A stretch of DNA of 57,991 bases, from the NCBI GenBank assembly GCA_038243585.1, contig JBBSQY010000019.1, forward strand, positions 1 to 57,991, read 5' to 3'. The notes under the pieces were generated by a model. It did no database searches. It worked only from the letters and a program-made list of their open reading frames with translations, and had not been told where the DNA came from. Of the stretch, positions 10,663-19,048 are shown piece after piece (position 1 is the stretch's first letter; every line of letters starts with the position of its first letter). This DNA is from Candidatus Sumerlaeales bacterium. Its GTDB lineage: Bacteria > Sumerlaeota > Sumerlaeia > Sumerlaeales > Sumerlaeaceae. The position numbers and the translations under genes were made by a program.

Positions 10663-11795
10663 AACGGATTGCTTTCGTAGCCCATTTGTCTGAGGTTTCC
10701 GGTTCCGGCGTGGCCCTGCTGGAAACGGTCACAGCCTTGGCAGAAGATTTTGACGCGCACCTGATTTTACCCAGTGATGGTCCTCTTGCAGGCCGGGTGG
10801 TTCAGCGTGGAATCACTCCCGTAATAATCGAGAACCCGGAGATTTCCCTCTCAGAGGCGGGAACACGACAGAAAGTGAGTCTGGCCGGGAACCGGATGCG
10901 GTTTGTGTGGCAACTCAGGCAATTTTTCCGACGCCAGAAAATCGACCTGGTCTACGTCAATACAAGCGCAAGCATATTCCCTGCCGTGGCCGCAAAGCTA
11001 GCCGGCCTGCCCATTGTCTGGCATATCCACGAGACTCTGGAAGCCAACGATCGGCGGACCGCCTGGAAAAAGCGCATTATCCGGCGCTGGGCCAACGGCC
11101 TCGTTTATGCGTCCCAGTCCGGGATGCGACATCTCCCGCCACCAGCCGGCACTCCATCTCTTATAGCTCGAAATTATATCCGAATTAAAGAACTGGCGCC
11201 TATTGGTAAGGCGCGGCTGACAAACGTCGATTCTCTGATTCCTCAACAATCCACCATTCTAATGAACGGGACAATACGGAGAAAGGGCGCGGATATCCTG
11301 CTACAGGCCGCGCAATTACTGCGAAAAACGGCTCCTGCTCTGGATTTCCAAATCGTCATTGCAGGAGTGCCGCCCGACGATATTGCGTTTGGCAATTTGC
11401 TGACAGAACTGCAGGACAGCCCGGAACTGGCGGGAAGGATTCGCTTTGCAGGTATGCAGGAATCGCTTATTCCACTATTAAAAGACGCGACCATATTTGT
11501 TTCTCCGGCTCGTAACGAGGCCCTGCCCATAGCCATTGTGGAAGCCATGGCCGCAGGTGTTCCGATAATCACCGCAGACATTGGCGATTGCGGCGCTCTG
11601 CTGAACAATGGCCAATGCGGCTGGGTCGTGCCTCCTGAAGATCCAAGGGCCATCGCGGATGCCATATTTGAAGCGACGTCTGAAAGGACTCTATTACAAT
11701 CTAAAGCCGAAGCGGCATACGCTAAAGTGAATGACGTTTATGGAGCCGAGGACTTCTGGAATCCCCTCAAGACATTTATAAATTCCATAGACTAA
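10659..11795 (+). CDS. Glycosyltransferase family 4
   Basis: VWHIHE, RKGAD, EALPIAIVEAMAAGVP (E-x7-E) motif; GTGA overlap with the upstream gene. Confidence 0.9.
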   Translation: MKRIAFVAHLSEVSGSGVALLETVTALAEDFDAHLILPSDGPLAGRVVQRGITPVIIENPEISLSEAGTRQKVSLAGNRMRFVWQLRQFFRRQKIDLVYVNTSASIFPAVAAKLAGLPIVWHIHETLEANDRRTAWKKRIIRRWANGLVYASQSGMRHLPPPAGTPSLIARNYIRIKELAPIGKARLTNVDSLIPQQSTILMNGTIRRKGADILLQAAQLLRKTAPALDFQIVIAGVPPDDIAFGNLLTELQDSPELAGRIRFAGMQESLIPLLKDATIFVSPARNEALPIAIVEAMAAGVPIITADIGDCGALLNNGQCGWVVPPEDPRAIADAIFEATSERTLLQSKAEAAYAKVNDVYGAEDFWNPLKTFINSID

Positions 11796-11974
11796 ATCAA
11801 GGCTCACTAGGCGAATTGACGACGTTTCAAGCGCGTTATTTTTACACGTGTCCCCTTCCAGATTAGCCGAATGCGATTTTTATCTTGATCACCTATCCGC
11901 AAATTGCTCGGGTGACAATTCGCCGCAACCGTGGCGCAAACTTTCTTTTACAAACCAGGAGGCAACAAGACGCC

Positions 11975-13324
11975 ATGACATTTGCAACCCAGACCCCATC
12001 GCAGACATCCGATATGCTCCCCCACTTGACTGGGCCTTTACCCGGCCCTAAGGCTAAAGCGGTGGTCGAGAGAGATTCGGTAGTCATGTCGACTTCTTAC
12101 ACACGCGATTACCCGTTTGTAATGGATCGCGGCGAGGGCTGCCTGGTCTGGGACGTGGATGGCAATCGCTTTCTGGACATGGCCGCAGGCATAGCGGTAT
12201 GCGCAACTGGACACTCTCATCCCCATGTCGTCGAGGCCATTGTCAATCAGGCAAAACGCTTCATCCACATGAGCGGCACCGATTTCTATTACGAGGTGCA
12301 GGTGCGCCTGGCGGAACGGCTTTTTAAACACTCGCCCATCCAGGGCGACAAGCGGGTATTCTTCACCAACAGCGGCGCGGAAAGCATTGAGGGCGCCATA
12401 AAGCTGGCACGCCACGCCACTGGAGGCCACCAGATGCTGAGCTTTTACGGAGCCTTTCATGGCCGCACCATGGGTGCTCTGTCGCTGACCGCCAGCAAAA
12501 GCATCCAGCGGAAAAATTTCTCTCCGTTCCTGCCAGGAATCCATCACGCCAAGTATAACGCTGACCTCAGTTTTATCGAAGATTTCATCCTTGGCAAAGT
12601 GGCAGATCAGGGCAATTTCTCTGCGGTTTTTGTTGAGGCACTTCAGGGCGAGGGCGGATATATTGTGCCCGATAAGGACTGGCTGCTAGGCCTTCGCGAG
12701 CTTTGCACGCGCCATAAAATCATGCTGGTTGTCGATGAGGTGCAGAGTGGAATGGGCCGTACAGGAAAAATGTTTGCCTGCCAGCATTTCGGCCTGGAGC
12801 CGGACATTCTGACTTTCGCTAAAGGTATCGCCAGTGGAATGCCCCTGGGCGGATTCATGGCAAAAGCCGAAGTAATGAACTGGGCACCTGGGCAGCATGG
12901 CACGACGTTTGGCGGAAATCCTGTTGCCTGTGCTGCGGCCAACGCGACCCTCGATCTGCTGGAACAAGGCATGATGGAAAACGCCCGCACGACTGGCGAC
13001 TACTTTCAGGAGAAACTAAAGGAGATGGCCGACAAGACCCCTCACGTGGCATCGCCGCGGGGTCTGGGCCTGATGATCGCTGTGGACGCCGTTGACGACG
13101 CCGGTAAGCCGTCGCCGACTCTGCGCAATGATATCGTAACAAAATTCTACGAGCATGGTGTGCTGGCCCTGGGCTGCGGTGCTCATTCCATCCGGTTCGC
13201 TCCGCCTCTGTGCATCACGCGCGAACAGGTGGATTTCGTTGTGAAAACTTTAGCAGAAATTTGCTCTTCCCTGACGGATCACACGGATAAACATCCGAAG
13301 CACGAAGACGGTGTTGCCTCTTAA
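11975..13324 (+). CDS. Class III PLP aminotransferase (4-aminobutyrate/acetylornithine aminotransferase family)
   Basis: WDVDGNRFLD, SGAESIE, FHGRT, EALQGEGG, DEVQSGMGRTG, AKGIASG; AGGAGG SD before ATG 11975. Confidence 0.9.
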   Translation: MTFATQTPSQTSDMLPHLTGPLPGPKAKAVVERDSVVMSTSYTRDYPFVMDRGEGCLVWDVDGNRFLDMAAGIAVCATGHSHPHVVEAIVNQAKRFIHMSGTDFYYEVQVRLAERLFKHSPIQGDKRVFFTNSGAESIEGAIKLARHATGGHQMLSFYGAFHGRTMGALSLTASKSIQRKNFSPFLPGIHHAKYNADLSFIEDFILGKVADQGNFSAVFVEALQGEGGYIVPDKDWLLGLRELCTRHKIMLVVDEVQSGMGRTGKMFACQHFGLEPDILTFAKGIASGMPLGGFMAKAEVMNWAPGQHGTTFGGNPVACAAANATLDLLEQGMMENARTTGDYFQEKLKEMADKTPHVASPRGLGLMIAVDAVDDAGKPSPTLRNDIVTKFYEHGVLALGCGAHSIRFAPPLCITREQVDFVVKTLAEICSSLTDHTDKHPKHEDGVAS

Positions 13325-13342
13325 AGGCAGAGCTTTTTTAGC

Positions 13343-14413
13343 ATGACCAGATCGGTGCCTTGTGCGCGTGATCTGGTCATGCGGTTTGGTTGGAACGCGG
13401 TAGCCTATCAGATCCTGAACCCGGGTTTTGATCACTGGTTTTCTCCAGAGGGAGACGCTGTTGCCGGTTACGTAAAGCGGTCGGGGCGCTGGATTGTCGC
13501 AGGAGCGCCGGTCTGTTCCCGGGAAACCCTTCCGCGGGTAGTCGAGCAACTTGAAAGTTGCGCCCGCGCCGATGGTTGTCGGGTATGTTATTTCGGAGCG
13601 GCGGTACGTCTATATGCCGGTTGCCGCCATCCACCACTTCATAGCGTAGTTGTCCTAGGGTCGCAGCCCGTTTGGGATCCGCAGCGCTGGTCAAGAATAA
13701 TTCAATCGCGGGCTTCAGTGCGCGCTCAGCTATATAGAGCGCAAAATAAAGGCGTTACTGTCTCGTTTTGCGCCGCTCCAACGGCTGCCGACAAGGCGCA
13801 GATGGAGCATCTCCTGGCTGTATGGATCAGGTCTCGCTCTATGCCGCGGATGCATTTTCTTGTGGAGCCGGAAACGCTGACGTTTCTGAAAGACCGACGG
13901 GTCATTTTGGCTTTTGCGAAACAGATCCTATGCGGGTTCCTTATCGCGTCGCCGGTGCCAATGCGCGGCGGCTGGCTAATCGAGCAGATCATACGCCATC
14001 CGGCGGCGCCCAATGGAACGAACGAGCTACTGCTGGACGCAGCCATGACTCAGTTTGCTGAAGAAGGCTGTCAATATGTGACTCTTGGGCTCGTGCCGCT
14101 GTCGAGTCATGTGCCTCTGGATGGTCCTGTGAATCCGCGTTGGCTTTCACTACTCTTCCGCTGGATGAAAGCCCACGGACGCCGCTTTTATAATTTCGAC
14201 GGCCTGCAGGCGTTCAAGTCCAAATTTAGTCCGGAGCAATGGGAACCTATATACGCCATCTCCACGGAAGCGCGCTTCTCCGTAAAAACACTCTGGGCTG
14301 TAACGGCAGCATTTAGTCACCGCAGGTCACCTGTGATTCACGGAGCCAAGGCTCTGGGTATGGCCGTGCGCGAGGAAATGAGGCGTATTGTCAGGACCCC
14401 ATGGAATGACTGA
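13343..14413 (+). CDS. Stand-alone aminoacyl-phosphatidylglycerol synthase-like GNAT domain (DUF2156 / LPG_synthase_C)
   Basis: IVAGAPV, RHPAAPNGTNELL, TLGLVPL, FYNFDGLQAFKSKFSPEQWEPIY; no flippase TM domain. Confidence 0.85.
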   Translation: MTRSVPCARDLVMRFGWNAVAYQILNPGFDHWFSPEGDAVAGYVKRSGRWIVAGAPVCSRETLPRVVEQLESCARADGCRVCYFGAAVRLYAGCRHPPLHSVVVLGSQPVWDPQRWSRIIQSRASVRAQLYRAQNKGVTVSFCAAPTAADKAQMEHLLAVWIRSRSMPRMHFLVEPETLTFLKDRRVILAFAKQILCGFLIASPVPMRGGWLIEQIIRHPAAPNGTNELLLDAAMTQFAEEGCQYVTLGLVPLSSHVPLDGPVNPRWLSLLFRWMKAHGRRFYNFDGLQAFKSKFSPEQWEPIYAISTEARFSVKTLWAVTAAFSHRRSPVIHGAKALGMAVREEMRRIVRTPWND

Positions 14414-14533
14414 GATGCGTTAGAATAACGGAGATGCGTTTTGCCAACCAAAAGCCTCGTCGAGTCTCGCATTTTAACGTGATAAGCAATTACCCCTTGA
14501 TCTTACCCAGCTGCCACTTTCACTCTTAACAGT

Positions 14534-15223
14534 ATGATAAATAATAAAACCTACTTGCCAGGCCTCGTCCTGACTGTACTATCCATCCTGCTCGTGGCCA
14601 ATCCGGTCGCTCTCCGTGCTGAAGAAAACAAGCATGAGCCTGAGATCCAGAAGTTTGAAAAGAAGGACGCTGCTACCTCTGTCCCGCTTAATGGGATATT
14701 GTTTGTCGGCAGTTCCAGTATCCGAGGGTGGAACGTGGATAAGTTTTTTCCAGGCCTGCCTGTGCTGAATCGCGGTTTTGGCGGATCTCAAGTTTCCGAT
14801 GTGTTGCACTACTTCGACCGGATCGTTGTGCCCTACAAACCAAAGACCATCGTTTTTTACTCCGGTGACAATGACATCAGCGGCGGAAAGACTACCGAAA
14901 CGGTGGTCAGCGACGTAAAGAAATTTGTCGCACTTGTCCACGAGAAGCTGCCGTCCGCGCAGATCCTGATCATTCCGCCAAAGCCCAGCATCGCCCGTTG
15001 GAAATTATGGCCGGCAATGCAGGAGGTGGGGCTTGCGGAACAACAGCTGGCCGAGGCTGACGACAAGATCACCTTTATTGACATAGCGCCGGCAATGCTT
15101 AGTCCGGATGGTAAGCCACGGAAAGAATTGCTCAAAAAAGATGGACTACACATGACTGATGAAGGTTACGTCATCTGGTCCGATATGGTACGGCCACTGC
15201 TGGAAAAAAGCGATACAAACTAG
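14534..15223 (+). CDS. Exported SGNH/GDSL hydrolase
   Basis: FVGSSS, NRGFGGS, GDND, DGLH blocks; signal peptide. Confidence 0.9.
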   Translation: MINNKTYLPGLVLTVLSILLVANPVALRAEENKHEPEIQKFEKKDAATSVPLNGILFVGSSSIRGWNVDKFFPGLPVLNRGFGGSQVSDVLHYFDRIVVPYKPKTIVFYSGDNDISGGKTTETVVSDVKKFVALVHEKLPSAQILIIPPKPSIARWKLWPAMQEVGLAEQQLAEADDKITFIDIAPAMLSPDGKPRKELLKKDGLHMTDEGYVIWSDMVRPLLEKSDTN

Positions 15224-15641
15224 CAACCGGGAGTCTGCGGGCTAACGCTGGTCACCGGCGTTAGCCGCACAGGCGGGGGCCTGTTTACACTCTCCATGAG
15301 GACGATTCCTCAAAACGGCCGGGCAAGTAACTCATGGAAGGCATCCGAGCTACGTCGTGGTGTTTTGCTATAGCAGTCCTGGTTTCAAAGCCTCACAATG
15401 GATTCCCTGACGCATCCAAGGCTATAGAAAACGTTTCAATCAATCACTCACCGCCGGACCCATAAGTTATCCATAAACAACGCCGCTGGTCGGTTTGCGG
15501 TTCCAGCTTCTTCGCCTGGGGAATAATGGGTCTCCATGATATTCCGCCGGAATACTATACCCTGTGACTTGGGTCTCTTCCGGGTCTGCGTTCTAACACT
15601 GTTTATGAGTTGCTCACGGCAAAAGAACATACTGCTAAAAC

Positions 15642-15674
15642 AAAAACGCGGAACCGATGGAACGGTTCCGCGTT
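15642..15674 (-). terminator. Intrinsic terminator immediately after rplK
   Basis: AACGCGGAACCG/CGGTTCCGCGTT stem followed on - strand by TTTTTGTTTT. Confidence 0.8.
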
Positions 15675-15702
15675 AAAATCTCATACAACAAACTTAAACT
15701 TT

Positions 15703-16128
15703 TTATCCTACGACTTCAAGTCCCATGCTGCGGGCAGTGCCATTAACCATGCTGATGGCCGTTTCAAGAGTTGCGGCATTCAGATCCGGCATTTTCTGCT
15801 TGGCAATATCTTGAATCTGAGCCGCGGTCACTGTACCGACTTTGGTCTTGTTTGGAACGCCGCTGCCTTTTTTGATTCCTGAAGCCATCCGGAGAAGAAC
15901 AGCAGCCGGAGGGGTTTTTGTAATAAAAGTAAAAGAGCGATCCGCGAACACAGTGATTACAACGGGGGTTGTAATTCCCATATTGTCTTTCGTGCGAGCA
16001 TTGAACTGCTTGCAGAATTCCATGATGTTTACGCCGTGCTGACCCAGTGCGGGTCCTACAGGAGGGGCCGGATTAGCCTGGCCGCCAGTAACCTGCAATT
16101 TGATGTAGCCTGTAATTTTCTTCGCCAT
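15703..16128 (-). CDS. rplK: 50S ribosomal protein L11
   Basis: [48 protein letters not shown]. Confidence 0.99.
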   Translation of the reverse strand: MAKKITGYIKLQVTGGQANPAPPVGPALGQHGVNIMEFCKQFNARTKDNMGITTPVVITVFADRSFTFITKTPPAAVLLRMASGIKKGSGVPNKTKVGTVTAAQIQDIAKQKMPDLNAATLETAISMVNGTARSMGLEVVG

Positions 16129-16194
16129 GTTTCGTTAACCTGCGTCAATCAATCAGTATTTTATTAACGTGCTTTTGTGTTGCCGGCCGTTGAT

Positions 16195-16228
16195 GTGGGA
16201 TCATCGGCTTCGTTCCAGATGCTGCCAA
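16195..16228 (-). promoter_or_regulatory. Possible L1-binding autoregulatory hairpin in the rplK leader
   Basis: Minus strand UGGCAG-CAUC...GAUG-AUCCCAC resembles the UGG(G/C)AG...CCAC internal-loop hairpin of rplK leaders; matched by eye only. Confidence 0.4.
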
Positions 16229-16277
16229 GCCCGAATTTACCAGCGCCCGACATGGAAATTCTTAAAAAATCTGCGAC

Positions 16278-16814
16278 TTATACGGCTTCAAGCTGCAGGA
16301 CATCAAGTTCGACTGAAGTGGGACGTCCAAAGATGGACACCATAACCTTCAGCTTGCCTTTTTCGTGATCAACGTGTTCCACAGTTCCGACAAAGTTTGC
16401 AAAGGGGCCTTCGACAACCTTCACCTGATCATGAACGCGATAGCTGATGACCGTTTTCGGTTTCTCAACCCGCTCATCAATTGATTCGAGCAATCCGTCG
16501 ACTTCGGCCTGAGATAATGCCGAAGGTTGCGAACCGAATTCCGCGCCTAGAAAGGAGCTGACACCCTGTATCTTCTGAACAAGAGCAAACACTTCGTCGT
16601 TTGCTTCCATCTGGATAAAGACATAACCAGGCATGATGTTCCGCATGATTTCATGCTTCTTGCCGTTCTTTATCTCTATCGCTTTTTTCTGCGGAATGAG
16701 CACCTGCTCGACTTTATCGCGCAGACCTTCAAGCTGGACCCGATGCTCTACCTGGATCTTTACCCGATTCTCGTATCCACTAAATGTACTTAATGCGTAC
16801 CAGTTCTTATCCAT
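16278..16814 (-). CDS. nusG: Transcription termination/antitermination factor NusG
   Basis: WYALSTFSGYENRVK, PGYVF, KOW motif VKVVEGPFANFVG, VSIFGRPTSVEL. Confidence 0.98.
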   Translation of the reverse strand: MDKNWYALSTFSGYENRVKIQVEHRVQLEGLRDKVEQVLIPQKKAIEIKNGKKHEIMRNIMPGYVFIQMEANDEVFALVQKIQGVSSFLGAEFGSQPSALSQAEVDGLLESIDERVEKPKTVISYRVHDQVKVVEGPFANFVGTVEHVDHEKGKLKVMVSIFGRPTSVELDVLQLEAV

Positions 16815-16853
16815 AAGACGATCCGTCCCGAAGGGCGGGGTTGTTCCCTTCCA

Positions 16854-17123
16854 TTATCTCGACATCACGGTTTCCATCACGCGGCTCATTACGGCATCGA
16901 CGCCGCCGAGAGCTACGCAAAGGACTGCCAGCACAAATATGATGACGATGGTGCCGCCGTATAGTTCACTGCGGGTAGGCCATGTCACCTTTCGCACTTC
17001 CTGTTTCACTTCAGTGCCGAAGTTGACAATCTTATTGAAAAAACCCGGTTTCTCTTCAGTCATTGAACGATCCTGAATGCCTTTAAAAGTTGTTGGCGGA
17101 ATTGCTGTTGTGCTGGCGGACAT
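16854..17123 (-). CDS. secE: Preprotein translocase subunit SecE
   Basis: EVRKVTWPTRSEL plus a single TM helix; canonical position before nusG; start may be ATG 17063. Confidence 0.93.
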   Translation of the reverse strand: MSASTTAIPPTTFKGIQDRSMTEEKPGFFNKIVNFGTEVKQEVRKVTWPTRSELYGGTIVIIFVLAVLCVALGGVDAVMSRVMETVMSR

Positions 17124-17180
17124 ACTAATCTGAGACCTGACACAGCAGGCCGCGAACTACCGCGCGTCTTAACAAAATAC

Positions 17181-17257
17181 TGGCAGGCCAGGAGGGACTT
17201 GAACCCCCAACCCCCGGTTTTGGAGACCGGTGCTCTAGCCAATTGAGCTACTGGCCT
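17181..17257 (-). tRNA. trnW: tRNA-Trp (CCA)
   Basis: AGGCCAG acceptor stem, D-arm, anticodon loop CT-CCA-AA, GGTTCAAGTCC T-arm, encoded CCA end. Confidence 0.97.
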
Positions 17258-17314
17258 GCACGGCCCAGCTAGTGCTGGGAAACTCTGCCTGCTGTTCGCT
17301 GAACGCGGAAACCG

Positions 17315-17464
17315 TTACTTGGTTTCTTTGTGCAAAACGTGTTTGCGGCAAAATCTACAAAACTTTTTCATTTCCAGCTTGGTTTGCTGGGTCTTTTTGT
17401 TGCGCGTAGTCACGTAGTTGCGGTGGTCACAATCCGTGCATACGAGCGTAATGTTGTCTCGCAT
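17315..17464 (-). CDS. rpmG: 50S ribosomal protein L33 (zinc-binding form); absent from the supplied ORF track
   Basis: Manual translation [49 protein letters not shown]; two CxxC motifs; GGAG SD. Confidence 0.97.
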   Translation of the reverse strand: MRDNITLVCTDCDHRNYVTTRNKKTQQTKLEMKKFCRFCRKHVLHKETK

Positions 17465-17674
17465 CTTAATAACTCCAAGTAACTGTCATACTGGCAAAGA
17501 AAAACCCTGCGGGACTTCTTCCCACAGGGTACCCTGTGCAGATAGAAGCAACCAAGAAAAACATTCATTGGATTAACGCCCATCACAGGAAAAACAATAA
17601 TTTCCGATGCTGAGGCGGACAGTTCGCCAAGATGTTCCAATCTTGAAACACCTAATTAAGCCCCACTGCCTCAA

Positions 17675-18799
17675 CTAAGTTCCAAAGGCCTCTTCAGCCG
17701 GGACAGGTCGACCATACAGGTAACCCTGGCCGCACCGGAAGCCCATTTGGCGGCAGGTTTCAGATTCTGCATGGGTCTCTACCCCTTCCGCCACAGTAAT
17801 AACGCCAATGTCTGCGGCAAAATCCGCAAGCAGCTTCACCATTTTTTGCCGTGCATCAGGGGCGGAATCAATATCGCAAATCAGACTTTTATCAAACTTT
17901 AAGTAATCCGGCGGGCAATCCGCAAGTTGCACCAGCCTGGACTGCCCTACGCCAAAATCGTCGTAGGCTATGCCATACCCTAAATCGCGGAGAGCAGCTT
18001 TTATATCAATCATGGCTTCAATGTCCAAAGCCAGTCCCTCAGGTATTTCTGCGACAATGTTCATCCGCGGGTAGAAATCATGAACCTGCACCATTTCATC
18101 AATGAACTTTTCGGGTTTACGAAGCTCATCCGGATGGACATTAATAAACATTAAATAGTTTTGAGGCAACTTTTCCGTAGACCGCAGAGAATGAATCCTG
18201 AAAATGTTGCTCAGTTCCTGCGAGTAACCGTATCGCTTCGCCATGCGGAACAGATCATCTGGTTTGGTTGGCGCGCCAGGGAAATTGCCGCGTCCCAGGC
18301 TCTCAAACGCAAAAACAACGTCATCATCCAGCATTATAAGCGGTTGAAACCGCGCGTTGACTGCGGCATCGTCCATCAAACGCTGAAACTCTGGCCCCCC
18401 CGGTTCCTTGATAACCCAGGTTTCGTCTGCGGCGCGATTTTCGTCAAGCGTTTCATTTTCCAACACCACACGAAATTCGCAGGATCCCAGGTGAATGCAG
18501 TCCCCTGCACTAAGAACCTTGGACGTCTCTATTTTCTGATAGTTCACAAAGGATCCGTTACGGCTATTAGAATCCTTTAACGCCAGACACCCGCCTTCGT
18601 CCACCAGCTCTGCGTGGTTTCTGGATATGCTCGGATGGTTGATAGAAAACTGAGCGGATTCGCTGCGACCAATGCGCAACGGCAAGGTACGAACAAGAAT
18701 TCGCACTTGTTGGCCGCTCGCTATAAAGAACCCTTCCAGGCACCAGCGTCTATTTACTGTACAACATTCTCTTTTTACCGGAGATGGTTTCTTTTGCAA
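17675..18799 (-). CDS. FHA domain + EAL c-di-GMP phosphodiesterase
   Basis: FHA: IGR, SRNHA, SRNGSFVN; EAL: FQP, ESLGR, FINV, DDFGVG, LKFDK, AEGVET, QGYLYGRP. Confidence 0.9.
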   Translation of the reverse strand: MQKKPSPVKRECCTVNRRWCLEGFFIASGQQVRILVRTLPLRIGRSESAQFSINHPSISRNHAELVDEGGCLALKDSNSRNGSFVNYQKIETSKVLSAGDCIHLGSCEFRVVLENETLDENRAADETWVIKEPGGPEFQRLMDDAAVNARFQPLIMLDDDVVFAFESLGRGNFPGAPTKPDDLFRMAKRYGYSQELSNIFRIHSLRSTEKLPQNYLMFINVHPDELRKPEKFIDEMVQVHDFYPRMNIVAEIPEGLALDIEAMIDIKAALRDLGYGIAYDDFGVGQSRLVQLADCPPDYLKFDKSLICDIDSAPDARQKMVKLLADFAADIGVITVAEGVETHAESETCRQMGFRCGQGYLYGRPVPAEEAFGT

Positions 18800-19048
18800 G
18801 GTGATGTTACTCCCTTGTGTTTTCCGTGTATTCGCGGAGAATGGGGTCCCGTGTTCTGAATTACAAAGGCCGAATCATTTAACCCATAATCAAGAGAAAC
18901 TTAACGTTTTCAATATTTTAAGCGTTAAGTTTCTTACCGGCCCTGGCACGCAGTTTTTATAAAGTTTCTAATCTCACTGCGGATAGTCCCGAAACTGTTG
19001 GACTTGCACATACTCAACGGAGTTACACCGTTTAAACCTTTGGGAGGC

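Noticed and set aside
15230..15630. tmRNA, RNase P or SRP RNA in the spacer after rplK
   Set aside because: No tRNA-like ends, no GAGGAAAGUCC and no SRP domain IV motif seen; kept only as an unknown structured candidate.
18943..18960. Sigma-54 promoter (TGGCACG)
   Set aside because: The -12 TTGC element is missing and it points away from the adjacent minus-strand gene.
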